A DNA stretch of 64,000 nt from an uncultured delta proteobacterium (GTDB lineage Bacteria; Desulfobacterota; Desulfomonilia; UBA1062). The stretch covers positions 160,001 to 224,000 of the forward strand of contig CAVVYZ010000017.1 in NCBI GenBank assembly GCA_963752595.1, given 5' to 3'. Shown here in pieces: positions 22,401 to 32,143 of this stretch. The first letter of the stretch is position 1; each line of letters opens with the position of its first letter. Position numbers and translations under genes: made by a program. The notes below the pieces were generated by a model. It was given only the letters and a program-made list of their open reading frames with translations, made no database searches and was not told the origin of the DNA.

Positions 22401-22666
22401 AGAAAGGAGTATCCCCTTACTGCCTGCACCTTAGGCATGGCCAGGAGCGTCGAGCTGATTGGATAGGTGATCTGATCCTCCACCAAGTGTGGGCTTCGGC
22501 CGGTCCATTCGGTGTAAACGATGACCTGTGTATCGCTCAGGTCAGGTAGTGCATCGAGGGCTATCCTGTTCATGGCCCAGATGCCCCAAACAATGACGAG
22601 TGAAATAAACAGCAGGACAGCGACCCGGTTCTTTACACTGAATTCTATGATATGCCTGACCATCAC
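19484..22666 (-). CDS. cusA: CusA/CzcA heavy-metal RND efflux permease (Cu/Ag type)
   Basis: 1060 aa; DALPDLSDTQV, GSEFMP, DPAPLEMFET, RIDMLSTG, AVRRLRPKVMT. Confidence 0.93.
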   Translation of the reverse strand: MMVRHIIEFSVKNRVAVLLFISLVIVWGIWAMNRIALDALPDLSDTQVIVYTEWTGRSPHLVEDQITYPISSTLLAMPKVQAVRGYSFLGSSFIYAIFEDGTDIYWARSRVLEYLQGVKGKIPAEVNPLLGPDASSVGWGFCYAIKDRKGVLDLSELRSLQDYNLKLSLESVPGVAQVATIGGFIKQYQVNIDPNRLLAYGIPITRVFETIRKSNNDIEGRVIEFSGAEYIVRGMGYIREARDLEIVPLGTDGRGAPIYLRDIARVQIGPEIRRGIADLDGKGEVVGGIVVVRYGENVLKVLERVKEKIGRDIAPSLPDGVEIITTYDRSDLIMKSIRTLRDEITKLIIAVSIVCMIFLMHLPSALVILLTLPGAIILSFLFLSFFGVTSNIMSMSGIAITIGVMVDAGIIMVENAHKKLEEWEAGGRRESRAEVLVSAITEVGPSLFFALLVITVAFLPVFALQDQAGRLFRPLAFAKTFAMLTASLLAVTLTPALMTILIRGRLRPEHDNPLNRSLQRIYEPVVSFSLKHPNKVFIAALIVIAITLYPVMKLGSEFMPPLFEGSIFYMPVTAPGVSISEVSNLLKVQDGTLAAIPEVAQVFGKAGRAETATDPAPLEMFETVINLKDESEWRPGMTVQKLVEEMHERLQIPGLANAFTTPIKARIDMLSTGIRTPLGIKILGPDLSTIERIGTDLEKLIKQVPGTVTVYAEKVNTGYYLDITVKRDEAARYNLTVDDVNSAIQASIGGVNLTTTIEGRARYPVNVRYEREFRGELDSVGRVLVPVELSAPAVYFSGSGPSIGTIAQVPIRELADIRITNGPSLIKSEQGMLSASVYIHFAGIDTGSYIDAVNKNIASIKIPDGYRLEWGGEYQYMEKAKSRLMVVIPFTLCIIFFIIYLNTRSLTKTAIVFLAVPFSLVGSFWLIHLLNYNMSTAVWVGIIALAGLDAETGVIMLLYLDLAFRQWRDQGRLKTDTDLREAIKHGAVRRLRPKVMTVTTILAGLVPIMFSTGMGSEVMKRIAAPMIGGVVTSTILELAIYPAIFLLWGRAQMKNQRMVM

Positions 22667-23910
22667 TCGCTGCAGCCTTTCAGCTTCGCCTCTGAATCGA
22701 CGAGAAAGACAGGCCTGGCAACGATCCGATCGCCCTGCTGAAGGCCTCCTAAAACTTCCACCAAGGTATCGGTCCTTATGCCCTGCCTGATACGGCGGGC
22801 CTGGAAGAAACCGTCGCCTACATCGACATACACAATCTGCCTTATGCCTGTGTCAAAGACTGCTTCTCTCGGTATGGCGAGCTTTTCACCAAGATCAAGG
22901 ACCATCTCCACATTGGCAAACATCTGGGGCTTCAGGATTTTATCAGGGTTCGGGACGATGAACCTTACCTTGACAGTCCTGGTGTTCCCCGAAAGAGCCG
23001 GATACACGAAGTCGACCTTTACAGAGAAGGCCTTTTCAGGATAGTTGCTCAAACTGATACTTGCTTCCTGGCCCTCCTGAATGGAAACAAGCTCGTATTC
23101 ATACACATCAGCCAGAACCCAGACAGTAGAGAGGTCCACGATATCGAACAGCTTATCCCCGGGGTTGACACGGCTGCCCCTGAACGCGGGCTTCTCGAAT
23201 ATATAGCCGCTGACAGGGCTTCTGACCATGATAGTCCGATATGCATCCCCTTTCTTCTCGAGCCTCTCGATATCCTTGTCCGTGAATCCCCAAAGCTTGA
23301 ACTTCTGCCTGGCCACTTCGACGAGGAGCTCGGGGTCGTAGGTGACAAACCGGCCGTTTGTTCCGTAACGGTCTCCCCACTCGAATTCTATTGTCCGTTG
23401 AAAACGGGGAACCTGATTCTTCCATTTCATCAGATTGAGGTATTCGAGCTGGACAGATGCAGCCTCTGGGCTGTAGATCTCCGCCAGGGGCTCGCCGCGC
23501 CTGACATATTTACCCGAATAGTCGGCATACAGTTTTTCCACCCACCCCTCGTATTTCATGTTTATAGTCGTCAGCTTTCTCTCATCGAATTCGATCCGTC
23601 CTACCGTGCGGATGGTCTTGACCATCCGGCTCCGTGAGACCGCAACGGTCTTGAGCCCGATTAGCTTCTGTCTGTCCGGAAGGATATCGAATGCCGGTGT
23701 CTGCCGAGTGTTAACTTGGTCAGGAACATGAGTCGTTCCTGCCGTATCCAAAGAAACATGATCAGAGGATGCCGGGTTTTCTTTTGAATATATGCGAGGA
23801 GAGGATAAATGCCGGGATGACGAAACATCGCTTTGATGAACACCGAAAATGAGCGCAGCCATAAGAGCGGCAGCAGTGAGTAGAAATACTGCAATAAGAC
23901 CCTTCCGCAT
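22663..23910 (-). CDS. cusB: CusB-like RND membrane fusion protein
   Basis: GWVEKLY, IYSPE, DLSTVWV, LKPQMFA, FLVDSEAKLK; stop overlaps cusA start. Confidence 0.88.
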   Translation of the reverse strand: MRKGLIAVFLLTAAALMAALIFGVHQSDVSSSRHLSSPRIYSKENPASSDHVSLDTAGTTHVPDQVNTRQTPAFDILPDRQKLIGLKTVAVSRSRMVKTIRTVGRIEFDERKLTTINMKYEGWVEKLYADYSGKYVRRGEPLAEIYSPEAASVQLEYLNLMKWKNQVPRFQRTIEFEWGDRYGTNGRFVTYDPELLVEVARQKFKLWGFTDKDIERLEKKGDAYRTIMVRSPVSGYIFEKPAFRGSRVNPGDKLFDIVDLSTVWVLADVYEYELVSIQEGQEASISLSNYPEKAFSVKVDFVYPALSGNTRTVKVRFIVPNPDKILKPQMFANVEMVLDLGEKLAIPREAVFDTGIRQIVYVDVGDGFFQARRIRQGIRTDTLVEVLGGLQQGDRIVARPVFLVDSEAKLKGCSE

Positions 23911-23964
23911 GGTTGAACCCCCCTTTAAGCATTACAAAAAGCTTTAAGTTACTGTTCCGACGCT

Positions 23965-24486
23965 TCAGCGTACATCTATCGGAAAGACGACCCGACAAAG
24001 GTCCGCCTGATTGTGTACGATAATCACAATGTTCCAGGGTCCTGTCATGATGAGATCCATTGTTGCCGTATACTCGTCACCTGTCATGTAAGCCGGAATT
24101 GTATAGTTCATCGGGGGCATGCCCGGCATGGGGGGCATGAAATAGTTGATTGTAACAACAGCCCCTCTCACATAATTCCCATGGGCATCTTTGATCCGGA
24201 CCCGGGTTACGTTTTTACCTATGATCGGCGGGTTCCTGTTTATGAAAGCTTCAACCGTATACCCGCCTGCTCTTCGCCTGACCTGGTAATCCCTGGCATC
24301 GGATGCCCCCCGCCCCAAAATCACCATGACCAGAAACACAACGAGACCCGTACGGAGGCCCCACAAGCTACGTTTGGCTTTTATCGCCGGAAAGGGGCGC
24401 TGTGCCCGATAACAATCAGGGGGTCCTACCGAAGGGAAGCAACGGCTCCTCCCGATTAAACCGGCTGATATGTGCGGAACGTTCAT
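23965..24486 (-). CDS. YtkA/FixH-like Met-rich periplasmic protein (true start probably downstream of 24486)
   Basis: FMPPMPGMPPM and MTGPWNI motifs; immediately upstream of cusB. Confidence 0.7.
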   Translation of the reverse strand: MNVPHISAGLIGRSRCFPSVGPPDCYRAQRPFPAIKAKRSLWGLRTGLVVFLVMVILGRGASDARDYQVRRRAGGYTVEAFINRNPPIIGKNVTRVRIKDAHGNYVRGAVVTINYFMPPMPGMPPMNYTIPAYMTGDEYTATMDLIMTGPWNIVIIVHNQADLCRVVFPIDVR

Positions 24487-24513
24487 GATGCGATGCCGGC
24501 TTGAACGCTCAGG

Positions 24514-24891
24514 TCAGGGTACCTGTTTGAGCACCTCGACCCTATCCGCTTTCCGCATCGAGTCGACCCTGGCTTCAATCACATCCCCGATCTTGAGATC
24601 TTTCCCGCTTATCTCACGGTCATTCCGGATGATCTTGGATCCATTCCGGATGTATACTATCTGCGATTTGCCGGCTGGATTCATGATGACCAGTGATCCA
24701 TCCCGTTCGATGAACGTGATCGTTCCCTCCACCTTTGCTGCTTCTTTTCCTGTTGCTGTTCCAGTGCCCGTCGCCTTCATTACTTCCTGTGCCGCTGTCG
24801 TGCTGCCGTCTGAATCAGCAGAAAGAGATGCCGCGCTGATAATGAACACCAGGATAAACAGGGACATGAGAGTCCTCGACCCGAAACCCAT
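24514..24891 (-). CDS. Exported hypothetical protein (OB-fold/DUF5666-like)
   Basis: Signal peptide, EGTITFI...DLKIGDVI; SD AGGAGG. Confidence 0.6.
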   Translation of the reverse strand: MGFGSRTLMSLFILVFIISAASLSADSDGSTTAAQEVMKATGTGTATGKEAAKVEGTITFIERDGSLVIMNPAGKSQIVYIRNGSKIIRNDREISGKDLKIGDVIEARVDSMRKADRVEVLKQVP

Positions 24892-24973
24892 AGCTGGTTA
24901 ACCTCCTATTTTTTAAGGTGAAACTACATGAGAGGGGTCGCACATGCGGCCCCTCTTTGCATTCATGCCGATA

Positions 24974-26838
24974 CTATGGACAGCCGTCCGGCCCTGCACA
25001 GGCGCAGTTGTTTGTTGCCGGGTCGTTCACGCAGTACGGCCTCATCATCTCATGATCTTCATGAGAGAGGATATGGCAGTGCCAGACATACTCACCTGCA
25101 ATGTCGAACTTGGCAATGATACGGGTTACCGAACCCGGATTCATTACAATGGTATCCTTCCATCCTTTTTCGTTGTCAGGTGGCTGAACGGGGCTGCCGA
25201 CAAGCTGAATATTCGTCAGCGATCCATTACCGGCCTGGTCGGCAGTGAATTCCTGCCGGTCCAGGACCTGGAACTGGACGAGATGCAAGTGGATGGGATG
25301 GGCATCCGGGGTCGTGTTATATATCTCCCAGATTTCAGTGGAGCCAAGTTCGGGATTCTCTGTGATCGGTGACCTGTATTGAAGCGCACCGTCAGCTACT
25401 GTTCCCAATAGAGGCTCCAGACGGCCATATCCGTTCGTTGCCTCGGCCAGGATAAGCTGTCGCGGGGGTAATGATGTTGATAGTGGTGGTATGGGCGTAG
25501 TGCGCAGCTGAGTTGGTACCGTGCCCGGCACCACGGGGGTTGAAGCAACCCGGAAGGCCATGATCCGGCCCCCGTCCTGGGGTCAACCGGGGCCCCGGTC
25601 GGGAAAGGTACATTAGCATCGTTGGTGAGGATCAGCGTATTGCCGGCAAAGGTCGAGAAATCAACCAGTACATCCATCCTCTCGCCCGGTCCCATGAGCA
25701 GGCGCTGCGGCGATGCAATCGTCACCGGTGCATTGAGCAGGCCTCCATCAGTGCCTATCTGGACGAAGGCAGGGCCCGGTTGATTGGTGTTCTTGACCAA
25801 GAGAGCTGTATTATAGAAACGAGAGTCTGATCCATTCAAGAGATGCAGGCGGTACTGCCTGGGCTTCACATCGAGGACCGGCCATGCCTTTCCGTTGACG
25901 AGGATGAAGTCACCGAAAAACTCGGGCTGGGCGCTTGGAGCGCCACCGGGGAGAAGAGACGGCTGGGTCGGATAATACAACTGCCCGTTCGGAGTGAACA
26001 TCCGGTCCTGAATGACGAGAAGGACTTCATACGGATACTTGGGAAGATTGAGGGCAGCCTCCTTAGCATCACGAATCAGGCAGAATCCGGCAAGTCCGGC
26101 ATACACGTTCAAACGCGTGAGTCCCAGGGCATGATCGTGATACCAGATAGTCGCAGCCTCCTGGTCCATCGGGTAATTGTAGACCTCGTTGAAAAGCCTT
26201 CCCTTCTGCGCATATCCAGGGGTAAACCATGCATCCGGCAGGCCGTCACTGAGCGATTCGGTATGGCCGCCATGGAGGTGCATGCATATGGGCACAGGTC
26301 CCAGATAGGGGCCGGGCACCCTGTTTGGAGGGTCATTAAACGGGTCTGCCCAGTCCAGTGTCGAATCCACAGGAAGGAGATGCGGTAACGGATTTCCAAG
26401 GGTATCGACGAGGTTGTTCTTCCATCTGACTGTGATCGGCTTGGACGGATTTGCCCCTTTATCGATCAGAAAGGTACGGCCTGGATAGGTCGGTGACTGC
26501 GTCTTCGAACCATAACCCCAGACAGTCGTCTGCATGGGCGCCATGGTCTTGAGATTGACGAGTCCGAGGTTCTGCTTGAACTGGTATGCCCCGATCTCAT
26601 AATGAGACCCGCCGGGTGTTGTGGGCTGCCATATAAAGCCGGGACTGAGCGGGTTGGGGCACTGGTTCAGGAACTTCGGCTGAGCCACTGCATCGAGTAC
26701 GCATACCCCATTAGGGTCAAGCACCGATCCCGTCGGGCACACAGGTTGCGCACTGACTATGAGAGGCAGGGAAAAGGCCATGGCCGGCAGAAATAAAAGC
26801 CATATAAGGCTCTTCAGCATATTATTTCGCAGCATCAT
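24974..26838 (-). CDS. CotA/bilirubin-oxidase-like multicopper oxidase, frameshift near 25570
   Basis: All four Cu motifs present: HLHGG, WYHDH, HPIHLH, WHCHILSHEDHEMM; signal peptide. Confidence 0.9.
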
Positions 26839-27211
26839 GAGATAACCTCCTATTATTATTACGCAATATAATTATAATTTAAAATTGGATGAACGTGTTG
26901 GTAAATGCCTGCAGACTCTAAGGAATAATCAATAACCATGATCAGGTAAATCTCAATAAGCAAATCTTCTGCGTGGGCTGCACATAAAAATATTTCTGTG
27001 GATTCGCATGGAAAAAATATAATGAATTGTTGATATAGGTATGATACCAACAGGTACTCTTGAAAAGGATGTCACAGGTGTGCATCGCATGAGGACACAC
27101 GGAAAACTTCGGCAGAGATGACCGGGGAAGCAACCCGGGCCGGCTGCGAAAAGGAGTTTTGGGCATTATGAACCGAAACAGCAGGGCGTATCCGGAAAAG
27201 ATGGTGCCGGC

Positions 27212-28342
27212 TTGCTGAAAATCCTCTCTTCATTGAAGTTCACGGTAATGCTTTTCTTCAGTATTGCCCTGCTCTGCCTGGTCGGGACCATCTTCCCCCA
27301 GGAAGGTACCGTGATGCCTTTCGGGCACGGGTGGGTCTCCGGGATACTATCTCTACTCAGTCCCTATGACATCTTTCATTCGATCTGGTTCATGACCCTC
27401 GGATTTCTGCTCTGTGTCAATCTCGTGCTGTGCATGAGGCGGAGGATATATTTGCGCAGGAGAAGTCTCCTGATGCTGCTCCTGCACGGCAGCATTCTCG
27501 TGATCATTGGTGGATTTGCCCTCGGCGCCTTCGGCCTGGACGGTTTTATGGATATTCCGGAGGGAACAGCCGTATCCGGGGTGGTTTTGAAGGGAGGAGC
27601 CTTCAAAGACCTCGGTTTCTCTGTCCGGTGCGATCGGTTCACGGTGGATTATCACGAAAACGGCATGCCGAAGGAATTCGTGTCCGGTCTGACCTTCATG
27701 AAAAACGGCCAGGCGGTCGGTCAGGCACAGGTGAGCGTCAACCACCCGGCCCGTTTCTCCTGCTTCGGCTTCTATCAGGAGAGTTACCGGCAGGTCTTGT
27801 CCGCAACCTTGACTGTCTCCGAAGATGAGACAAAGATGACGGTCAAGGCATCCGAGGGCGATATCATCCCTCTTTCACGCGCAGGCACCCAGGCCAGAGT
27901 AGTAAAAGTCTGGGATGACCTCATGGAGGCAGGGCCTGCTGTGAAGCTCTTGATCGAAGATTCCTCAGGGGTGCGGTACCTGTGGGTGTTCAAAAATATA
28001 GACTTGATCAGGAGCCAGGCATCTGATCTCTTTGAAAGGGCACCGGAGCTCAACCCTTCGGCAGTCAGGCCCTACACGTTCTCGGTTGAAGAGACGGCTG
28101 CCTCGTACATAACAGGCATCAGGGTCAAGCGGGACCCGGGTACCCCTGTGGCAGCATTTGGCGGGGCGGTATTTCTCGTCAGTCTGATGCTTGTCTCCTT
28201 TACTCCGCGTACCAGGAAGGGGACAGGACCGGATTCCTCACGCGGGGATGCTGCCGAGACCGGCATACACCCGGGCCAGGATCAGGAAGGCCCTGCAGAG
28301 GATCTCGCGAAGGCCGGCAGAGGCAGAGAGGGCGAGGATTGA
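27212..28342 (+). CDS. resB: Cytochrome c biogenesis protein ResB/Ccs1
   Basis: LVGTIFPQ, IFHSIWF, LLHGSILVII, VNHP, RDPG. Confidence 0.85.
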   Translation: MLKILSSLKFTVMLFFSIALLCLVGTIFPQEGTVMPFGHGWVSGILSLLSPYDIFHSIWFMTLGFLLCVNLVLCMRRRIYLRRRSLLMLLLHGSILVIIGGFALGAFGLDGFMDIPEGTAVSGVVLKGGAFKDLGFSVRCDRFTVDYHENGMPKEFVSGLTFMKNGQAVGQAQVSVNHPARFSCFGFYQESYRQVLSATLTVSEDETKMTVKASEGDIIPLSRAGTQARVVKVWDDLMEAGPAVKLLIEDSSGVRYLWVFKNIDLIRSQASDLFERAPELNPSAVRPYTFSVEETAASYITGIRVKRDPGTPVAAFGGAVFLVSLMLVSFTPRTRKGTGPDSSRGDAAETGIHPGQDQEGPAEDLAKAGRGREGED

Positions 28343-29142
28343 GAAGCGGGATCATCATCGGCATGGTGACCTTCATCTACCTCGGGTCGTTCTCCCTGTC
28401 GCTGGTAAGCCTGATATCCGGGAAGGAAGCCCTGGCATGCCTTGCCTTCTTCGGCGCCATGGGCGGGTTTCTGATGCATACGGCAGGAATTCTCCTGCGG
28501 TGGCATGAATCCTATTCTCTGGGAATCGGCCATGTACCACTGGCAAATTTTTATGAGTCCCTTGTATTCTTTTCCTGGGCAATTGTCCTGATTTCATTCC
28601 TCGGCATCAAAGGCAGGATAAGAGATCCGATGCCGGCCTTTGTCATGCCTGCGGCTGCCCTGATGCTCGGCTATGCGTCGTTTTCGCCCGGCATAGAGAA
28701 CAGCATCCAGCCCCTCATCCCTGCGCTGAAGAGCAATTGGCTCGCCATCCACGTCATCACCTGTTTTCTTGGCTATGCATGCTTATCAATGGCCACGGTC
28801 TTTGGATTGATTATGTTGAGAGGGAGCAGCGTGTCATCCGGTGAGAAAACCTCGGGTCTGATCTTCTACCGCTGCGTGATCATCGGGTTCATATTCTTCG
28901 CCGTGGGCATCCTGACCGGATCTGTGTGGGCTCAGGTCGCATGGGGAAGGTACTGGGGATGGGACCCGAAGGAGACGTGGGCGCTCATTACCTGGCTCGT
29001 CTATGCAGCCGTGCTCCATGAGAGGATAAGGGGCGGCGGGATGACAAGGAGGGTCGCCGTGCTCGCACTGATAGGATTTTTAAGCATTCTGTTCACGTAT
29101 TTCGGGGTAAACTATCTCCCGGGGCTGCATGGTTATTTCTGA
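28339..29142 (+). CDS. ccsA: Cytochrome c biogenesis protein CcsA/ResC (system II)
   Basis: WWD domain WGRYWGWDPKETW; WLAIHV; GLHGY. Confidence 0.93.
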   Translation: MRSGIIIGMVTFIYLGSFSLSLVSLISGKEALACLAFFGAMGGFLMHTAGILLRWHESYSLGIGHVPLANFYESLVFFSWAIVLISFLGIKGRIRDPMPAFVMPAAALMLGYASFSPGIENSIQPLIPALKSNWLAIHVITCFLGYACLSMATVFGLIMLRGSSVSSGEKTSGLIFYRCVIIGFIFFAVGILTGSVWAQVAWGRYWGWDPKETWALITWLVYAAVLHERIRGGGMTRRVAVLALIGFLSILFTYFGVNYLPGLHGYF

Positions 29143-29274
29143 CCACGTCATCCGGGAGAACCCGGCAGAGGTATGTGCAGGCCCTTTCCCCTGTATATGA
29201 TTCAGGCAGCCGGGCCAAGATAGTACGGGTTCGATCCCCCTACCTTCATTCATGCAGCTTCCTGATCGCATGCT

Positions 29275-30102
29275 TCAGTTTTGCACAGTTTCCTGGTCAG
29301 GGAAATCCGGCTTCTTTTTCGAGAGAAAAGCCGTAATTCCGTAGATGCATTCACCGCTCGCAATCAGGTCAACCGCCTCTTGCGTCTCCAGGGCTAACGC
29401 CTTGTCATAGGGCAGGTCAGGGGTGGATCTGATAACTTTCAGGGCATGGCGTACCGAGAGGGGGCCGTTTTCTGCAATAACCATAGCGAGTGCGAGAGCT
29501 TCTTCACATGCCTTGCCAGGCGAACTGATGCGGTTGACCAGGCCGAGCGACAGAGCCTCCTGCGCATCTACTTTCCTGCCCGATAGGATCAGGTCCGCAG
29601 CTCTTGCAGGGCCGATGAGCCTCGTGAGCCCGACAACTCCCCCATGATCCGGCATGAGGCCGAGCTTTACCTCCGAGAAGCAGAACACCGCTCCCGGGTC
29701 CATGACCCTCAGGTCGCACCGGGAAGCGATCTCTGCCCCGCCGCCATAGGCAAGGCCGTTGACTGCAGCGATCACGGGCACGGGAAGCAGGACAAGACTG
29801 TCGGTCGTTGTCCTGACGAGGCGTATGAGATCCATGGCAGGTCCCTTCTCATGCTTCTGGACTGCGTCGATAAGACTGGTAACCTGAGGATTCTCCGGGC
29901 TTACGTCAAAGCCTGCGCTGAATGCTTCGATCCCGGCTCCCGTAACGACAACGGCGCGGGGCATGAGGTTTTTGAGGTCGGATACTACCTTCCCAAGAGA
30001 AGCCCACATGCGCTCGTCAAAGGCATTCTTCTTTTCCGGCCGGTTGAATGTTACGACCGCAATCTTGCCGGTACGCTCCAGGAGCACTCCGTAACCTGAC
30101 AT
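29275..30102 (-). CDS. Enoyl-CoA hydratase/isomerase
   Basis: AFSAGFD, AAVNGLAYGGGAE, SEVKLG. Confidence 0.9.
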   Translation of the reverse strand: MSGYGVLLERTGKIAVVTFNRPEKKNAFDERMWASLGKVVSDLKNLMPRAVVVTGAGIEAFSAGFDVSPENPQVTSLIDAVQKHEKGPAMDLIRLVRTTTDSLVLLPVPVIAAVNGLAYGGGAEIASRCDLRVMDPGAVFCFSEVKLGLMPDHGGVVGLTRLIGPARAADLILSGRKVDAQEALSLGLVNRISSPGKACEEALALAMVIAENGPLSVRHALKVIRSTPDLPYDKALALETQEAVDLIASGECIYGITAFLSKKKPDFPDQETVQN

Positions 30103-30125
30103 TGGGCATGCCTCCTTTTATTGCT

Positions 30126-30680
30126 CTAGAACGCTTCTCCGAATTTGTCGCGGTACAGGAAGCCGGAGAGCTCCTTGCGGGGCGGCCCTGATTTGGGCGG
30201 TGCGGCGGGCTTGCCGATCGGCAGCACGGCAACGACCTCATAGCCTTCGGGCACGCTCAGGAGCTTCCTGCAAGCCTCGTGGTCCATGAGCCCCACCACA
30301 ACCGTTCCCAGTCCCATGGCATGGGCCTTGAGGCTTATGTTCTGGACCGCTATCCCCAGGTCGAACATATACCAGTTGGAGAGCTTGGTGACGTTTTTGC
30401 CTCCGTAGCAGCCGGATACGCCGGTCTTTGCACAGGCTACAATGAGGACCGATGCGGAGAGCGATCCTTTGGTGGCCGGATTCTTCTCGGCATAGGTGCC
30501 GACTACTTTTTCAATAAGACCTGAGTCCCTGACCGCGATAAATTCCCAAACCTGGGTATTGGCCCAGGATGGAGCCCATCTCGCTGCCTCGATGAGAGAC
30601 CTGATCTCCTGGTCGCTCACGACATAGTCGGTATATTTCCTTACGCTTCTCCTTCCAACGATTGCCTCATCGAGCTCCAT
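30126..30680 (-). CDS. Nitroreductase family protein
   Basis: RRSVRKY, APSWANTQ, GLGT. Confidence 0.9.
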   Translation of the reverse strand: MELDEAIVGRRSVRKYTDYVVSDQEIRSLIEAARWAPSWANTQVWEFIAVRDSGLIEKVVGTYAEKNPATKGSLSASVLIVACAKTGVSGCYGGKNVTKLSNWYMFDLGIAVQNISLKAHAMGLGTVVVGLMDHEACRKLLSVPEGYEVVAVLPIGKPAAPPKSGPPRKELSGFLYRDKFGEAF

Positions 30681-30919
30681 ACATCCCTCCTGCTTCATTA
30701 TGGCTTTGATCCGTATATCAGGAATGATACACGTTCGTAGTGATATTTTCCACTGATTTCAATGGCTCGGATGAAGGAATGTGATATTCCCGAGTAAGAA
30801 ACAATGATCGGGTAAAAGTTTCTCAAGGGCATAAAGGCATTGTCTGGGAGATACGAAGTGTGGCAAAGTAAAGGGTGCTAAAGCGAAATTGGTAAAAGCT
30901 CTGGTCCGGAGGTTGCGGC

Positions 30920-32101
30920 ATGAGGATTCTTATCATCGATCCCGTGGGCGGGATCAGCGGTGACATGCTGTTGGGGAGCCTGATTCACCTCGGGTGCCCG
31001 GTGGACTACCTGAAAGGAATCTTCGATATCCTTCCCCTCGGCGGGTTTTCCTTGGAGACATCTCACCGCCCTGTCCATGGGATCGATGCGCTGGACCTGA
31101 CGTTTACCTGTGCAGAAGAGACCCATGAACACAGGACCTATGCCCTTATCAGGGATACGATCCTTGCCCCGCTTTCCGTCCCGGTAAGAGACAGGGCTGT
31201 CACGGTATTCAAAGTCCTGGCCGAAGCCGAGGCAGAAGTGCATGGTGTCGGTGTGGATGAAGTACATTTTCACGAGGTGGGAGCCGTGGATTCTATCCTG
31301 GATATCGTGGGCATCTCTGCGGCCCTTGAATATTTTGCAGCAGATGCCCTCTACAGCCTCACCGTTCCTCTCGGCACGGGCATGACGAAATCCATGCACG
31401 GAACCATTCCCCTGCCCGCTCCTGCAACCATAAAACTCCTCCAAGGCAGGCACGTCAGGTTCACCGACATCTCCTCAGAGCTCACCACGCCCACCGGTGC
31501 TGCCGTCATTGCTGCGCTTGCGGAAAAAGGCGGCCCTCCGTCAGACCTCACGGTCCGATCCGTGGGCTACGGGTGCGGCAAACGGCAGATTCCCGGCTGG
31601 CCCAACCTCTGCCGCACGATCCTGTGCGAATCTCGGTCGGCGGAGCCGGGGCTGCAGGCATACCTGGTGGAAGCAGATGTGGACGATATGATCCCGGAGG
31701 ACACCGAGGCTGCCCTGGCGAGGCTGTACGATGCAGGCGTGCGCGATGCGGGCCTGACGCCCAAGATCATGAAGCGGGGCAGGCCGGGCTTCTGCATACA
31801 GGCGATCTGCACCCTTGAGCACCTTGATGATGTCCTGAATTGCCTGCTGGCGCATACCACTTCCATCGGCGTCCGCTACCACCCGGTTGAAAGACGGGTG
31901 CTTGAGCGGAGCGTTTACCGCATCAGCACATCCCTGGGCGAGGTCAATGTCAAGGAGAGCAGGCTTCCGGACGGTTCAAAACGCATCAAGCCCGAATATC
32001 GTGACCTTGCAGAGATCTCTGAAAGAAAAGGAGTTGCAATAGCAACCGTCCGGGCGGAAGTGGACAAGGTCTTGGCAGAAAGGAAACGGCAAGATCCGTA
32101 A
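30920..32101 (+). CDS. larC: Nickel-pincer cofactor nickel insertase LarC
   Basis: GISGDM, VHFHEVGAVDS, PAPAT, ELTTPTGAA, MKRGRPG, KPEY. Confidence 0.93.
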   Translation: MRILIIDPVGGISGDMLLGSLIHLGCPVDYLKGIFDILPLGGFSLETSHRPVHGIDALDLTFTCAEETHEHRTYALIRDTILAPLSVPVRDRAVTVFKVLAEAEAEVHGVGVDEVHFHEVGAVDSILDIVGISAALEYFAADALYSLTVPLGTGMTKSMHGTIPLPAPATIKLLQGRHVRFTDISSELTTPTGAAVIAALAEKGGPPSDLTVRSVGYGCGKRQIPGWPNLCRTILCESRSAEPGLQAYLVEADVDDMIPEDTEAALARLYDAGVRDAGLTPKIMKRGRPGFCIQAICTLEHLDDVLNCLLAHTTSIGVRYHPVERRVLERSVYRISTSLGEVNVKESRLPDGSKRIKPEYRDLAEISERKGVAIATVRAEVDKVLAERKRQDP

Positions 32102-32143
32102 AAAGAAGCAGGTGAGTAGGCGGATAGCATGGTGGAGGGACGA

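Noticed and set aside
27095-27155. Faint resemblance to a c-di-GMP-I riboswitch upstream of resB
   Set aside because: Conserved GAAA tetraloop, GACGCAAA and tetraloop-receptor elements do not match
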